Shown: in pieces, positions 40,488-53,162 of the stretch
How the letters are laid out: every line of letters starts with the position of its first letter
Position numbering within the stretch: position 1 is the first letter of the stretch
Program-made: the position numbers and the translations under genes
The notes under the pieces: generated by a model
Told to the model about the DNA's origin: nothing
Seen by the model: the letters and a program-made list of their open reading frames with translations, nothing else
The model's database searches: none
NCBI GenBank assembly: GCA_030431335.1
Contig: JAUIJH010000003.1
Location: 5,496 to 69,495 of the forward strand
Origin: Alphaproteobacteria bacterium
Lineage (GTDB): Bacteria > Pseudomonadota > Alphaproteobacteria > Rhizobiales > Amorphaceae
Direction: 5' to 3'
Length of the DNA: 64,000 bases

Positions 40488-41714
40488 ATGCCCGAAGCCG
40501 CACCCTGGCGTTTCCAAAATCTCATCAAGCCGATGGTCGACCCCAAGCGCGGTCACACCATCCTCACCGGCCGCGTGGTGACGGGCTGCGGCGAGGAGGT
40601 GATCGAAAACGGCTTCGTCGAGATCGACGGCAAGACCATCAAGGCGGTCGGCCAGGCGAACGATCTCGGCGAGCGGGGCGCGGAGGTGATCGAGACCGGC
40701 GGCACCATCCTGCCCGGCCTCATCAACAGCCACGCCCACCTCGCGTGGGACGGGGTGCACGACCTCGCCCGCCAGTCGCTCGACGACGGGCCCGAGATCA
40801 GCGCCTACAAGTCCGCCGGCAACATGCTGGTATCACTGCGCGCGGGCGTCACCACCGTGCGCGATCTCGGCATGAACCGCACCAACCTCGCGGCCAAGCA
40901 GGCGGTGGCGCAGGGCATCTTCCCCGGCCCGCGACTGCTCGTGTGCGGCGCCGCCATCGTGCAGACGGGCGGCCACACCTACTGGTGCTGCCGCGAGGCG
41001 TCCGGCCCCGACGAGATGCGCCGCGCCGTGCGCGAGCAGGTGAGGGGCGGCGCCGACCTCATCAAGATCATGGCCTGCCACGACACGCTCGAATTCACCG
41101 ACGCCGAACTGGAGGCCGTCATCGACGAGAGCCACCGCAACGGCCTGCCCATCACCGCCCACGCCACCTTCGATGCGGCGATCGCGCGGGTGGTCGAGTT
41201 CGGCATCGATTGCGTCGAGCACGGCGGCAAGATGGTCGAGAGCACCATCGCCGCCCTGGTCGACCGCGCCGTGCCCATCGTCACCACGTTCGCGCCCATC
41301 GTCATGCAGAGCCAGCCGGAGATCGCCCGCACCTACCAGATCCCGGACTGGAAGCTCGCCGAGCGCCAGCGCGCCGTCGCGGACAAGGGGCGCTATCAGG
41401 GCCTCGTCGACGCGGCCAAGGCGGGCGTCACCATCGCGTTCGGCACCGACGCGGGCAGCCCCGCCGTGCCGCACAGCGTGGTCGCGCCGGAGATGAAATT
41501 CATGGTCGAGCTCGGCGTCGTCGACGGCAACTACGGTGCCCTGCGGAGTGCCACCAGCGTTGCCGCGAAGCTCAACAAGCTGGACGACAAGATCGGTACG
41601 CTGGAGGCGGGTAAACTCGCCGATGTCATCGTGGTGGACGGCGACCCGCTCGCCGATCTCACCGCGCTGGAGGCCGTCACCATGACCTACGTCGAAGGCG
41701 GGCGGCTCGTCTGA
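40488..41714 (+). CDS. Metal-dependent amidohydrolase
   Basis: PGLINSHAHL, GVTTVRDLG, LIKIMA, TAHA, VEHG, FGTDAG. Confidence 0.92.
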   Translation: MPEAAPWRFQNLIKPMVDPKRGHTILTGRVVTGCGEEVIENGFVEIDGKTIKAVGQANDLGERGAEVIETGGTILPGLINSHAHLAWDGVHDLARQSLDDGPEISAYKSAGNMLVSLRAGVTTVRDLGMNRTNLAAKQAVAQGIFPGPRLLVCGAAIVQTGGHTYWCCREASGPDEMRRAVREQVRGGADLIKIMACHDTLEFTDAELEAVIDESHRNGLPITAHATFDAAIARVVEFGIDCVEHGGKMVESTIAALVDRAVPIVTTFAPIVMQSQPEIARTYQIPDWKLAERQRAVADKGRYQGLVDAAKAGVTIAFGTDAGSPAVPHSVVAPEMKFMVELGVVDGNYGALRSATSVAAKLNKLDDKIGTLEAGKLADVIVVDGDPLADLTALEAVTMTYVEGGRLV

Positions 41715-42750
41715 TGGTGGACCCCCTGCGCGTCCTCATCGTCGGGCTCGGCAATCGCGGCGGCATGTGGGGCGAGGTGGTGCGCGACCACCCCGGCGCG
41801 GTGATCTCCGGTGCCATGGATCTCGACCCGGACCGTTGCACCCGCTTCGCCGCCACCCACCCGGACGTGCCGACTTTTGCCACCCTGGAAGCCGCGCTCG
41901 CCGCCGGCGGGCATGACGCGGTGCTTCTCGTCACGCCGCCGGACGGGCATCTCGTCCAGGCGGGCCTGATCTTCGACGCGGGCCTGCCGCTGCTCGCCGA
42001 AAAGCCGCTGACGCTCGACCTTGCCGAGGCGGCCGAGATCGTCCGCCTCGGCGACAAGGCCGGCCTGCCGCTCACCGTCGGGCTCAATTTCCGCTTCCTG
42101 CCGGTGACGCTGAAAAAGCGCGAACTCCTCGCCTCGGGCCGCTACGGCACGCCGGGCTTCGGCCGCTTCGTCTACGTGCGCAACCGTGACGGCTACCGCC
42201 CCGGCCTCAACCGCTATCCGCTGACGATGCAGCATCCGATGATGCTGGAGCAGTCCATCCACCACCTCGACCTGATCCGCTTCGTCTACGGGCGCGAGGT
42301 GGAGACCATCGCCTGCCGCACCTCCAATCCGCCCTGGAGCATGTACGCCCACGACAGCAACGTCGACGCGCTGCTCGTGCTGGAAGGGGGGCTGGAGGTC
42401 AACTATCACGGCACCTGGACCAGCGGCTGGGACGTGCCGCACTTCGAGTGGCGCACCGATTGCGACAAGGGCGTGGTGATCCAGCGCGAGCTGTTTTCCG
42501 ACCTCACCGCCGCGCATACCAAGGACACGACGCTCACCCCCGTGCCCATCACCGGCGCGCGCGCCTTCTACGACGATTCCGCCGCGCTGCTCGCCGCGTT
42601 CGTCGCCGCGCTGCGTGCGGGTGCCCCGGCCCCTTGCGACGGGCGCGACCACCTCACCACCCTCGCGCTCTGTTTCGCCGGGCTGGAAGCCGCGCAGACG
42701 GGCAAGACCGTCGCGATGGCCGAGTTCATGGCCCGCCACGGGCTCGCGCC

Positions 42751-42754
<4 letters not shown>
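41714..42754 (+). CDS. Gfo/Idh/MocA family oxidoreductase
   Basis: [27 protein letters not shown]. Confidence 0.92.
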
Positions 42755-43757
<1,003 letters not shown>

Positions 43758-43761
<4 letters not shown>

Positions 43762-44783
43762 GCGAGCCGCTGCTGCAGACCATCGACCTCAAGGTCCATT
43801 TTCCGGTGCGGCGCGGCTTCGTGCTGGAGCGCACCGTCGGCAGCGTCAAGGCGGTCGACGGGGTGAGCCTTGCCATCGATCGTGGCGAGACGCTGGGCCT
43901 CGTCGGCGAATCGGGTTCCGGCAAGTCGACGCTCGGCCGCGCCATCCTCCAGCTCGTGGGTGCCACGTCAGGCACCATCTTGTTCGACCGGCGCGAGGTG
44001 ACGGGCCTCTCCGGCCCCGAGCTCGCCGCCTTCCGGCGCCGGGTGCAGCTCGTCTTCCAGGACCCCTACGCCTCGCTCAACCCGCGCATGACGGCGGGCA
44101 ACATCGTCGCCGAGCCGATCCGCATCTACGGCCTGCGCGAGAACCGCGCCGCGATCCGCGACCGGGTGCGCGAGCTGTTCGGCCTCGTCGGGCTCGACGC
44201 ACGCTATGTCGACCGCTACCCGCACGAATTCTCCGGCGGACAGCAGCAGCGCATCGGCATCGCGCGGGCGCTGGCGTGCGAGCCGGACCTCATCGTGTGC
44301 GACGAGGCGGTGTCGGCGCTCGACGTGTCGGTGCAGGCGCAGGTGATCAATCTCCTCGCCGACCTGCAGCAGCGCCTCGGCCTCACTTACCTCTTCATCG
44401 CGCACGGCCTCAACGTGGTGCGCCACGTCTCGACCAAGGTGGCGGTGATGTATCTCGGCAAGATCGTCGAGGTGGGGGACCGCCGCGCGCTGTTCCGCGA
44501 CCCGCAGCACCCCTACACCAAGGCGCTGCTCAGCGCCTCGCCGCTGCCCGATCCGGTGGCCGAGCGCCAGCGCCGGCCGATCATCCTGCGCGGCGACGTG
44601 CCGAGCCCCATCGACCCGCCCGCCGGCTGCCGCTTTCACACCCGCTGCCCCATCGCGGTGCCGGCCTGCTCGGCGGCCGAGCCCCCGCTCAGCCCTTCCG
44701 GCGGCACCTTGGCCGCCTGCATCCGAGCCGGCGAGCCCGTCCCGGCGCCCGACCCCACCCCAACGCGAGAGACTGTTCTATGA
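43758..44783 (+). CDS. ABC ATP-binding subunit DppF/OppF-like
   Basis: ATGA overlap; [25 protein letters not shown]. Confidence 0.95.
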
Positions 44784-46822
44784 TACGCATCGGCGTCGAT
44801 GTCGGCGGCACGTTCACCGACTTCGTGCTTGCGGGGGCGGACGAGGCCACGCTCCACTTCCACAAGACGCCGTCGACCCCGCACGACCCTTCCGAGGCCA
44901 TCGAGACGGGCCTGCGCCATCTCCTGGAAGCGCACGGCGTGGACGCCGCCGAGGTCGCCTATGTCGGCCACGGCACCACGGTGGCCACCAACATCGTCAT
45001 CGAGCGGCGTGGCGCGCGCACCGGCCTCATCACCACCAGGGGCTTTCGCGACGTGCTGGAGCTCGGCCGCCAGGCGCGCCCGTCGATCTACGACTATCGC
45101 GTGGAGCGCGCGCCGCCCCTGGTGCCGCGCGACCGCCGCGTGGAGGTGGACGAGCGCGTCGGCCCCGACGGCACCGTGCTCGTGCCGCTGGACGAAGCCT
45201 CGCTGGCGACCGCCGTCGCGGCGCTGAAGGCGGCCGGCGTGGAGGCCGTCGCCATCTTGTTCCTGCACAGCTACCGCATGGGCGCGCACGAGGAGGCGGC
45301 GCGGCGCGCCGTCGAGGCGGCGATGCCGGGTGTCTTCGTCAGCGCGTCGGCGGAAATCCTGCCGGAGTTCCGCGAGTACGAGCGCGTGTCGACCACCGTC
45401 GTCAACGCCTTCGTCGGTCCCCGGATGCAGCGCTATCTCGACCGCCTCAAGGGGCGCATCGCCGCGATCGGCATCCCGGTCGAACCCTACACCATCCACT
45501 CCAACGGCGGGCTGATGACGGCCGAGGCGGTGGCGATCGCGCCGGTGCGCACCTGCGTCTCCGGCCCCGCCGCCGGCGTGGTGGGTGCGGCGGAGGTGTG
45601 CCGCCTCGCGGGCTTCCCGAACCTCGTCACGTTCGACGTGGGGGGCACCTCCACCGACGTCTCGCTGGTCAAGGACGGCGTGCCCGCCTACACGGGCGAC
45701 CGCATGGTTGCCGGCTATCCGGTCAAGACGCCGATGATCGATATCGCCGTCATCGGCGCGGGCGGCGGTTCCATCGCGATGGTGGACGACGCGGGCGCCC
45801 TCAAGGTCGGCCCGCAATCGGCCGGCGCCACGCCCGGCCCCGCCGCCTACGGCAACGGCGGCACCGAGGCGACCATCACCGACGCCAACCTCGTCCTCGG
45901 CCGGCTCGCCCCGGCGACCCTGCTCGGCGGGCGCATGACGCTCGACGCCGAGGCCGCCCGCCGCGCGGTGATGGACAATGTCGCCACCCCGCTCGGGCTT
46001 TCCCTGGAGGAGGCGGCGCACGGCATCATCCGCATCGCCAACGCCAACATGAGCCGCGCCATCCGCTCCGTCTCCGTCGAGCGCGGCTACGATCTCGCCG
46101 AGTTCTCGCTGTGCGCCTACGGCGGCGCGGGGCCGGTGCATGCGGCCGAAGTCGCCATGCAATGCCACCTGCCGCAGGTGGTGATCCCGCGCGAGCCCGG
46201 CACGTTGTGCGCGCGCGGGATGCTCCTCACCGACCTGTCCACCGACACCGTGCGCAGCCACTTCGCCGACGCCGACGAGGCCTCCTGGCAGACGATCCTC
46301 GCCCTGTTCGCGGAAATGACGGCGGAGGGCGGCGCCTGGCTCGACCGCGACAACGTGGCGAGCGCGGACCGCAGCTTCCGGCGCGTCGCCGATGCCCGCC
46401 ACCGGGGCCAGAATTTTGAGCTGAAGGTGGATTGCGACGGGCTCGGCCCGGCCGATTTCGCCGCCTTCGTCGAGCGTTTCCACGAGGCGCACAGGCGCGA
46501 ATACGGCTACGCTATCGCGGGGCGGGGCATCGAGTTCGTCTCCTGCCGCGTGCAGGCGATCGGCGCCGTGGCGCGCGCGCCGCAGGCCGAGATCGCCGGA
46601 GGCCCCTCGCTCGAAGCCGCCATCACCGGGCGCCGGCCGATCTATGTCGACGCCGCCGCGGGCTGGCAGGAGGCCACCGTCTACCGCCGCGAGGCGCTGC
46701 CCATCGGCGTCCCCGTCGCGGGCGTCGCGGTGATCGACGAGATGAGCTCCACCACCCTCGTTCTGCCCGGCCAGACGGCCACCCTCGACCGCTACGGCAA
46801 TCTCATCGTGAGGATCAAATGA
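44780..46822 (+). CDS. Hydantoinase/oxoprolinase subunit A (HyuA-like, ATP-dependent)
   Basis: [55 protein letters not shown]. Confidence 0.95.
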   Translation: MIRIGVDVGGTFTDFVLAGADEATLHFHKTPSTPHDPSEAIETGLRHLLEAHGVDAAEVAYVGHGTTVATNIVIERRGARTGLITTRGFRDVLELGRQARPSIYDYRVERAPPLVPRDRRVEVDERVGPDGTVLVPLDEASLATAVAALKAAGVEAVAILFLHSYRMGAHEEAARRAVEAAMPGVFVSASAEILPEFREYERVSTTVVNAFVGPRMQRYLDRLKGRIAAIGIPVEPYTIHSNGGLMTAEAVAIAPVRTCVSGPAAGVVGAAEVCRLAGFPNLVTFDVGGTSTDVSLVKDGVPAYTGDRMVAGYPVKTPMIDIAVIGAGGGSIAMVDDAGALKVGPQSAGATPGPAAYGNGGTEATITDANLVLGRLAPATLLGGRMTLDAEAARRAVMDNVATPLGLSLEEAAHGIIRIANANMSRAIRSVSVERGYDLAEFSLCAYGGAGPVHAAEVAMQCHLPQVVIPREPGTLCARGMLLTDLSTDTVRSHFADADEASWQTILALFAEMTAEGGAWLDRDNVASADRSFRRVADARHRGQNFELKVDCDGLGPADFAAFVERFHEAHRREYGYAIAGRGIEFVSCRVQAIGAVARAPQAEIAGGPSLEAAITGRRPIYVDAAAGWQEATVYRREALPIGVPVAGVAVIDEMSSTTLVLPGQTATLDRYGNLIVRIK

Positions 46823-48525
46823 CGCGCCTCGCCGACCCCATCGAGATGGAGGTCCTGAGCAATCAGCTCCTCGCCATCGCGGAGGACATGGGCTCGATCC
46901 TGATCCGCTCGTCCTTCTCCTCCAACATCAAGGAGCGGCGCGACTGCTCCACGGCGCTGTTCGACGCCGCCGGCCGGCTCATCGCCCAGGCCGACCACAT
47001 CCCGATTCATCTCGGCGCGATGATCGGCGCGGTGGAGACGATCCTCGCCCGCTACGATCTCGCCGACATGGCGCCGGGCGACGCCTTCGTCTGCAACGAT
47101 CCCTACCTCGCCGGCGGCAGCCACCTGCCGGACATTTCCATCATCACCCCCGTCCACCACGAGGGGCGCGTGCGCTATTTCTGCGGCAACATCGCCCACC
47201 ACGCGGACGTGGGCGGGCGCACGCCCGGCTCCACCTCCGGCACCTCGCGCTCGATCTTCGAGGAGGGGATCCGCCTGCCGGTGATCCGCATCGCCCGCGG
47301 CGGCGAGATCGATGAGGATCTGATCGACCTCATCACCGCCAACTGCCGCGATCCGGAAGAGCGGGCGCTCGACCTCAGGACCCAGATCGGCGCCAACCGG
47401 CGCGGCGCCCGGATGCTGCTCGACCTCACCGAGCGCGCCGGTTCCGAGACGCTCGGCCGAGCCATCAACGATCTCCTCACCTACACCCGCCGCCGCCTCG
47501 CGAGCCGCATCGCCGCACTGCCGGACGGCGCCTACACATTCCGCCGCGATCTCGACGACGACGGCTATGGCGGCGACACCGTCCCCATCGTGTGCACCGC
47601 CCGCGTCGACGGCGAGACGCTGGTGCTCGACTTCACCGGCTCCGGCCCCGAGGCGCGCGGCGCGGTGAACCTGCCCGACAGCGCGTTGAAGGCGTCGGTC
47701 TACTACTCGGTGAAGGCGGTGCTCGATCCGGCGCTGCTGCCGAACCAGGGGATGATCGACCCGATCCGCATCGTGTCGGAGCCCGGCACCATCGTCGACC
47801 CGCGCCCGCCGGCCGCCGTCGCCGCCCGCGCCGTCACCAGCAATCGGCTGTGCGGCGCGGTGTTCGGCGCCCTCTACCAGGCGCTGCCGCCGCAGGAGGG
47901 GATGGCCTCGTGCAACGATTCCACCTCCGCCACGTCGGTCTCCGGCTGGCACCCGCGCCGCCGGACGACCTACGTCTATCCCGAGAGCATGGGCGGCGGC
48001 GCCGGCGCCTTCGCCGACCGCGACGGCCAGGATGCGGTGCACGTCCACACCGTCAACTCCACCAACTTGCCCATCGAGGCGCTGGAGCTGGAGTATCCGC
48101 TGTTGATGGACGAGTACGCGCTGGTGCCGGATTCGGCAGGGGCGGGCACCCATCGCGGCGGCCTCGGCATGGCACGCCAGATCCGCTTCCTGGAGGACGG
48201 CACCGTGTTCTCGGCCCGCTCCGACGCCCACATCGTGCCGGCGCCCGGCGTCGCGGGCGGGCTGCCCTCGGGCGTCACGCGGATCGTGCGGAACCCGGGA
48301 CCGGACGGCGAGGAGCTGCATTCCAAGGCGTCCGGTCTCGTGATGAAGGCCGGCGAGACGGTGCGCGTCGAAACGCTGGGCGGCGGCGGCTATGGCCCGC
48401 CGGCCGGGCGCCCGCTGCCGCTGCTCGCGCGCGATCTGCGCGAGGGCAAGGTGACGCGCGCGGCCGCCGAGCGGGACTACGGCGCGGCGATGGTCGCAAG
48501 CGCCTTGGCGTTGGACCTTGGCTAG
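46819..48525 (+). CDS. Hydantoinase B/oxoprolinase subunit (HyuB-like)
   Basis: NIKERRDCS, HIPIHLG, NDPYLAGGSHLPD, HHADVGG, GGGGYG. Confidence 0.95.
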   Translation: MTRLADPIEMEVLSNQLLAIAEDMGSILIRSSFSSNIKERRDCSTALFDAAGRLIAQADHIPIHLGAMIGAVETILARYDLADMAPGDAFVCNDPYLAGGSHLPDISIITPVHHEGRVRYFCGNIAHHADVGGRTPGSTSGTSRSIFEEGIRLPVIRIARGGEIDEDLIDLITANCRDPEERALDLRTQIGANRRGARMLLDLTERAGSETLGRAINDLLTYTRRRLASRIAALPDGAYTFRRDLDDDGYGGDTVPIVCTARVDGETLVLDFTGSGPEARGAVNLPDSALKASVYYSVKAVLDPALLPNQGMIDPIRIVSEPGTIVDPRPPAAVAARAVTSNRLCGAVFGALYQALPPQEGMASCNDSTSATSVSGWHPRRRTTYVYPESMGGGAGAFADRDGQDAVHVHTVNSTNLPIEALELEYPLLMDEYALVPDSAGAGTHRGGLGMARQIRFLEDGTVFSARSDAHIVPAPGVAGGLPSGVTRIVRNPGPDGEELHSKASGLVMKAGETVRVETLGGGGYGPPAGRPLPLLARDLREGKVTRAAAERDYGAAMVASALALDLG

Positions 48526-48602
48526 GTCCGGCATTCGGCCGCCCCCGACCGGCCCCTTGGCGGCACAGCAGCTCTCGTCTTGCGCGAAAAGGAGGATCCG
48601 GC

Positions 48603-50291
48603 ATGGTTAAGGTCGATATCGCCTTCGACGCCTACCACGACTACGACGCGATGACGGCGCACCTCGAAGCGCTGGCCGCCGCCTACCCCGAGCTCGCGAC
48701 GCTCACCTCGCTGGGCAAGACCTTTCGCGGGCGGGACATCTGGCTGATCGAGATCACCAATCCCGAGACCGGGCCCGGCGCGCAAAAGCCCGGCTACTAT
48801 ATCGACGCCCAGATCCACGCCGAGGAGCACGCCACCAGCGCCGTCGCGCTCTACGCCGCCTGGCATCTCCTCACCCGCTACGGCAGCGACGCGGAGGTGA
48901 CACGGCTCGTCGATGCGCAGGTGTTCTACATCCTGCCCCGCCTCAATCCGGACGGGGCCGAGTACGCGCTCAAGGCGCCGTACCATCCCTGGTGCGGCAA
49001 CGGCCGCTTCCTGCCGGGCGAGGATCGCCTGACGGGTCTGATCCCGCAGGACATCGACGGCGACGGCTTCATCACCTCCATGCGCGTGCCCGACCCCAAG
49101 GGCGAATGGAAGAAATCGGCCAGCGATCCGCGCCTCATGGTCCAGCGCGCGCCGGGCGAGGAGGGCGGCGAATATTTCCGCGTCTACCCCGAGGGGTTGA
49201 TCCGCGACTATGACGGCGTGCACGTGGCAATCGAGCGTCCGTTCGACGGCAACCTCAACCGCAATTTCCCGGTCAACTGGTCGCCGCGCGAGTATGGGGC
49301 CGGCGAGTTCGCCCTGTCGGAACCCGAATCGCGCGCGATGGCCCGCTTCATCGCCGACCATCCCAACATCTGCGGGCTGACCGCCTATCACACCCATGGC
49401 GGCATCATCCTGCGTCCCTCGATGACGCAGCCCGACGCGGCCATGAGTGCGCCCGACCTCGCCCTCTACCAGGACCTCGGCGCGGTCGGGGAAGAGCTCA
49501 CCGGCTACAAGACCATCAGCGTCTACGAGGATTTTACGCCCGACAAGACCAAGCCGCGCTACGGCAGCCTCAAGGATTGGACCTACGAGGAGCTCGGCAT
49601 CGTCAGCTTCTCCACCGAGCTGTGGGACATCGAGACGGAGGCCGGCGTCGAGAAGGTTGCGTACTACAATCTGCGGCCGCGCACGCCGGAAATCCAGGAG
49701 AAGGTGTTCCATTTCGCGCTGGAGCACGTCGGCGACATGGCCTACCGCGAGTGGACGCCGTTCGACCACCCGCAGCTCGGCCCGGTCGAGGTGGGCGGCA
49801 TGGTCTACATCTGGACCTACCGCAATCCGCCGCCGGCGATGCTGCCCGAGATCTGCCGCAACAACACGCTGTTCAACTTGCGCCACGCCGGGGCGGCGCC
49901 CTCCATCAAGGTGGATGAGCTGACCGCCGAGCCGCTTGGCGCGGGGCTCTACAAGGTGCGCGCCGTCGTCGCCAACCACGGCTACCTGCCGACCAACCTC
50001 ACCGACGTGGCGATCCGGAACGGCGTCGCCAAGCCTGTGAGTGTGCGGCTCGAAGGTCGCGGCGCGAGCCTGGTGATGAACCCGGCCCGCGTCGAGCTCG
50101 GCCACCTCGCCGGGCGCAACCAGCGACAATACACTTGGTCGCCCTGGGGGCAGAGCTGGTCGCCCGTGGCCAAGCCGGTGGAGTGGCTGGTGCGGGCCGA
50201 TTGCGACGATGCCGCCGTCGAAATCATCGCGGTGTCTGAGAAGGGCGGCACCGCTGTCCAAACACTGAAGCTGGTAAAATCTTGCGAATAG
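48603..50291 (+). CDS. M14 zinc carboxypeptidase-like protein
   Basis: SD AGGAGG; IHAEEHA (HxxE), LNPDG, NLNRNF, YHTHGG, TELW. Confidence 0.9.
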   Translation: MVKVDIAFDAYHDYDAMTAHLEALAAAYPELATLTSLGKTFRGRDIWLIEITNPETGPGAQKPGYYIDAQIHAEEHATSAVALYAAWHLLTRYGSDAEVTRLVDAQVFYILPRLNPDGAEYALKAPYHPWCGNGRFLPGEDRLTGLIPQDIDGDGFITSMRVPDPKGEWKKSASDPRLMVQRAPGEEGGEYFRVYPEGLIRDYDGVHVAIERPFDGNLNRNFPVNWSPREYGAGEFALSEPESRAMARFIADHPNICGLTAYHTHGGIILRPSMTQPDAAMSAPDLALYQDLGAVGEELTGYKTISVYEDFTPDKTKPRYGSLKDWTYEELGIVSFSTELWDIETEAGVEKVAYYNLRPRTPEIQEKVFHFALEHVGDMAYREWTPFDHPQLGPVEVGGMVYIWTYRNPPPAMLPEICRNNTLFNLRHAGAAPSIKVDELTAEPLGAGLYKVRAVVANHGYLPTNLTDVAIRNGVAKPVSVRLEGRGASLVMNPARVELGHLAGRNQRQYTWSPWGQSWSPVAKPVEWLVRADCDDAAVEIIAVSEKGGTAVQTLKLVKSCE

Positions 50292-50583
50292 ACCGCGCAA
50301 CAGTGGGTTGTTATGCTGCAATTCGCGACAATGCGGGCACGAATTTGCCTAAAACTTGATCGCGCTTGCGTGAAATTTGCGTGAAAGACTGTCTTGCGCG
50401 TTTAGCAAGATTGTGTTCAATTTTTGTAGGTTGAATCCATGAAAACTTGACCCGTCGAGGCATTTATTTGCTTTGACGGTCGCGTAGTTGACTATTGAGT
50501 CTCGCGTTTTGGTTGAGGCGATGATGTCAATTGTTCGCCTCCCTGCGTTGCGTATCAAAATTTCACTTCAATAGGAGGGCCGC
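50292..50583 (+). promoter_or_regulatory. AT-rich 292-bp regulatory region with direct and inverted repeats
   Basis: TTGCGTGAAA x2 (50366, 50377; 11-bp period); TCTTGC-N7-GCAAGA (50392-50410); composition visibly unlike the flanking coding DNA. Confidence 0.6.
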
Positions 50584-52182
50584 ATGCAGGCTTTGTTACG
50601 AGGGATACTTGCGGGTGCGAGTATCGCTGTCGCGCTGACGGCTGCGCTGCCCGGCCCTGCCGCGGCGCAATCGTCGCTTGGGGACGGAACGCTGACGTGG
50701 GGCTATTACACGCGGCCCCGCAGCCTGGATCCCAACATCTGGTCCGGCGGCAGCGACCTCGGCGTCATGCGCCAGATCTACGATACGCTGATCTGGTCGC
50801 CGGAATCGGGCGCATTCGAGCCTGGGCTCGCCACCGCGTGGGAGATGTCGGACGACGGCCTCACCTACACCTTCACCCTGCGCGACGACGTGACCTTCCA
50901 CGACGGCACGCCCTTCAATGCCGAAGCGGTCAAGTTCATGTTCGACCGCATCAAGGATCCGGCGTCCAAGTCGCTCAATATCGGGGCCATCGGTCCCTTC
51001 GAATCGGCCGAAGTGCTCGACGAGTACAAGGTGGCCATCCACCTGTCCCGCCCCTGGGGCGCCTTCCTCACCAACGTGAGCGAGCCGCACCTGTCGCCCG
51101 TGTCGCCCAAGGCCGTCGCCGAGATGGGCGAGGGCGTCGCCAACCACCCGGTCGGCACTGGCCCGTTCATGTTCGACAAGTGGGAGGGCAACGACGTCCA
51201 CCTGGTGAAGAACCCCGACTACAACTGGGGCCCGGCATTCGTGGGCCACGAGGGGCCGTCCGCGGTGGAGCGCCTGGTGGTCAAGGAGGTGCCGGAGGCG
51301 TCCACGCGCATCAACGCGCTGCGCAGCGGCGAGGTCGATCTCACCCACTTCCCCGTGCTGTCGCAGGTGGCGGCGCTGGAGGGCGAGGGCTACAAGATCA
51401 CCCGCGTGCCGCAGCCGGGTTTCTCCTGGAGCCTGCCGATCAACGTTGAGAAAGCGCCGACGGACGATCTCAAGGTCCGCCAGGCGATGCTCTACGCGAT
51501 CAACAACGAGGCGATCGTGCGCGCGGTGCTGTTCAACCAGCATCCGCCGGCCTACGGCCCGCTGACGGCGACCACCTTCGGCTACGATCCCGCCGTCAAG
51601 GACATGTGGGGCTACGACCCGGAAAAGGCGGCCGCGCTGCTCGACGAGGCCGGCTGGACGATGGGCGCCAACGGCATCCGCGAGAAGGACGGCGAGCCGC
51701 TCACCATCGAGATGGCGATGTTCGATTCCTCGGTGAACAAGCAGGTCACCGAACTCGCCCAGGCGATGCTGAAGAAGATCGGCATCGACGCGAACCTCAC
51801 GGTGCAGAACTATCCCGCCTTCGCCGCCCAGGTCGCCGACCAGAACTACCACACGGCGCAGATGCGCTGGTCGGCGGTCGACCCCGACCAGGTGATCCCG
51901 ACCATGTTCTCCTCGGAGCAGGTCGACGGTGGCGGCCAGTTCAACCGCACCCGCATCAAGGATCCCGCCCTCGACGCGCTGATCACCGAGGCCGGCGCCG
52001 CCACCGACCCGGCGAAGCGGGCCGAATTCTACGCCGAGATCCAGAAGCAGGCGATGGAGAACGTCTGGCTCCTGCCGATCTTCGACGACGTCTGGTTCTG
52101 GATCGGCCAGGGCGACATCGACCACCTCGTCTACGACCGCCAGGGCCGGCCGATCCTCTACGCGGCCGAAGCGGCCAAATGA
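50584..52182 (+). CDS. ABC transporter substrate-binding protein, family 5
   Basis: Signal ending PAAA; SD AGGAGG; LRDDVTFHDGTPFNAEAVKF, PVGTGPF, YDPEKAAALLDEAGW. Confidence 0.95.
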   Translation: MQALLRGILAGASIAVALTAALPGPAAAQSSLGDGTLTWGYYTRPRSLDPNIWSGGSDLGVMRQIYDTLIWSPESGAFEPGLATAWEMSDDGLTYTFTLRDDVTFHDGTPFNAEAVKFMFDRIKDPASKSLNIGAIGPFESAEVLDEYKVAIHLSRPWGAFLTNVSEPHLSPVSPKAVAEMGEGVANHPVGTGPFMFDKWEGNDVHLVKNPDYNWGPAFVGHEGPSAVERLVVKEVPEASTRINALRSGEVDLTHFPVLSQVAALEGEGYKITRVPQPGFSWSLPINVEKAPTDDLKVRQAMLYAINNEAIVRAVLFNQHPPAYGPLTATTFGYDPAVKDMWGYDPEKAAALLDEAGWTMGANGIREKDGEPLTIEMAMFDSSVNKQVTELAQAMLKKIGIDANLTVQNYPAFAAQVADQNYHTAQMRWSAVDPDQVIPTMFSSEQVDGGGQFNRTRIKDPALDALITEAGAATDPAKRAEFYAEIQKQAMENVWLLPIFDDVWFWIGQGDIDHLVYDRQGRPILYAAEAAK

Positions 52183-52217
52183 TCGCGGCCGGCAGGCGAA
52201 GAGGCTGAGGCGACCCG

Positions 52218-53162
52218 ATGCGGCGTTATGTGCTGGCACGAACCCTCGCGGCCATCCCGGTGATGTTCGCGATGGTGCTGGTCGTCTTCCTCCTCCTCAA
52301 CGTGCTGCCGGTCGACCCGATCCAGGTGATGATCACCCAGTCCGGTGGGGGCCAGGTCCCCTCCGGCACCGCGACGCAGGAGATGATCGACTCGATCCGC
52401 CGCGAGCTGGGGCTCGACCAGCCGCTGCCGCTGCAATTCGTCTCCTACCTCGGCAACGTGCTCACCGGCGATCTGGGCACCTCCTACCGCAACAACCAGC
52501 CGGTGGCGCAGCTCCTTCTGGAGCAGTACCCCTACACGCTGCGCCTCGCGTTTTCGGGCATGTTCGTCACCATCGCGCTGGGGCTGTCGTTCGGCATCCT
52601 CGCCGGGCTGTGGCCCGGTTCGATCGTCGACCGCGCGCTCGTCTTCGTCGCCACCCTCGGCATCGCCGCGCCCACCTTCTGGCTGGGGCTGATGTTCATC
52701 TGGGTGTTCGCGATCGTCTTCCCCGTCTTCCCGGTGCTCGGCGTCGGCTCGGCCAAGGCGATGGTGCTGCCCGCCATCACGCTCGGGTTGCCCGGCGCGG
52801 CCATCGTGGCCCGCCTCACGCGCTCGAACCTCGTCGAGGTGATGCAGCGCGACTACATGCTCACGGCCCGCGCCAAGGGGTTGTCCAGCCGCCTCGTGGT
52901 GGTTCGCCACGCGATGCCCAACGTGCTCGCCCCCGTGCTCACCGTGATGGGTCTCCAGTTCGGCAACCTGATGACCGGCACCGTCATCGTGGAGACCGTG
53001 TTCAGCCGGCCCGGCATCGGCCGCCTCGGCGTCGACGCCATCCTCAACGCCGACTATCCCATCGTGCAGGGCTTCACTCTGGCGCTCGCCGCCTCCTACG
53101 TCGTGCTCAACCTCCTCGTCGACGTGCTGCAGATGGCGCTCGACCCCCGGGTGACGCGCTGA
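52218..53162 (+). CDS. ABC permease DppB/OppB-like
   Basis: GDLGTSY, RDYMLTARAKGL, LDPR. Confidence 0.95.
   Translation: MRRYVLARTLAAIPVMFAMVLVVFLLLNVLPVDPIQVMITQSGGGQVPSGTATQEMIDSIRRELGLDQPLPLQFVSYLGNVLTGDLGTSYRNNQPVAQLLLEQYPYTLRLAFSGMFVTIALGLSFGILAGLWPGSIVDRALVFVATLGIAAPTFWLGLMFIWVFAIVFPVFPVLGVGSAKAMVLPAITLGLPGAAIVARLTRSNLVEVMQRDYMLTARAKGLSSRLVVVRHAMPNVLAPVLTVMGLQFGNLMTGTVIVETVFSRPGIGRLGVDAILNADYPIVQGFTLALAASYVVLNLLVDVLQMALDPRVTR

Noticed and set aside
50334-50350. Possible sigma54 promoter (GGGCACGAATTTGC)
   Set aside because: The GGCACG-to-TTGC spacing is one base short of the strict GG-N10-GC rule, and the alternative register breaks the -24 consensus.
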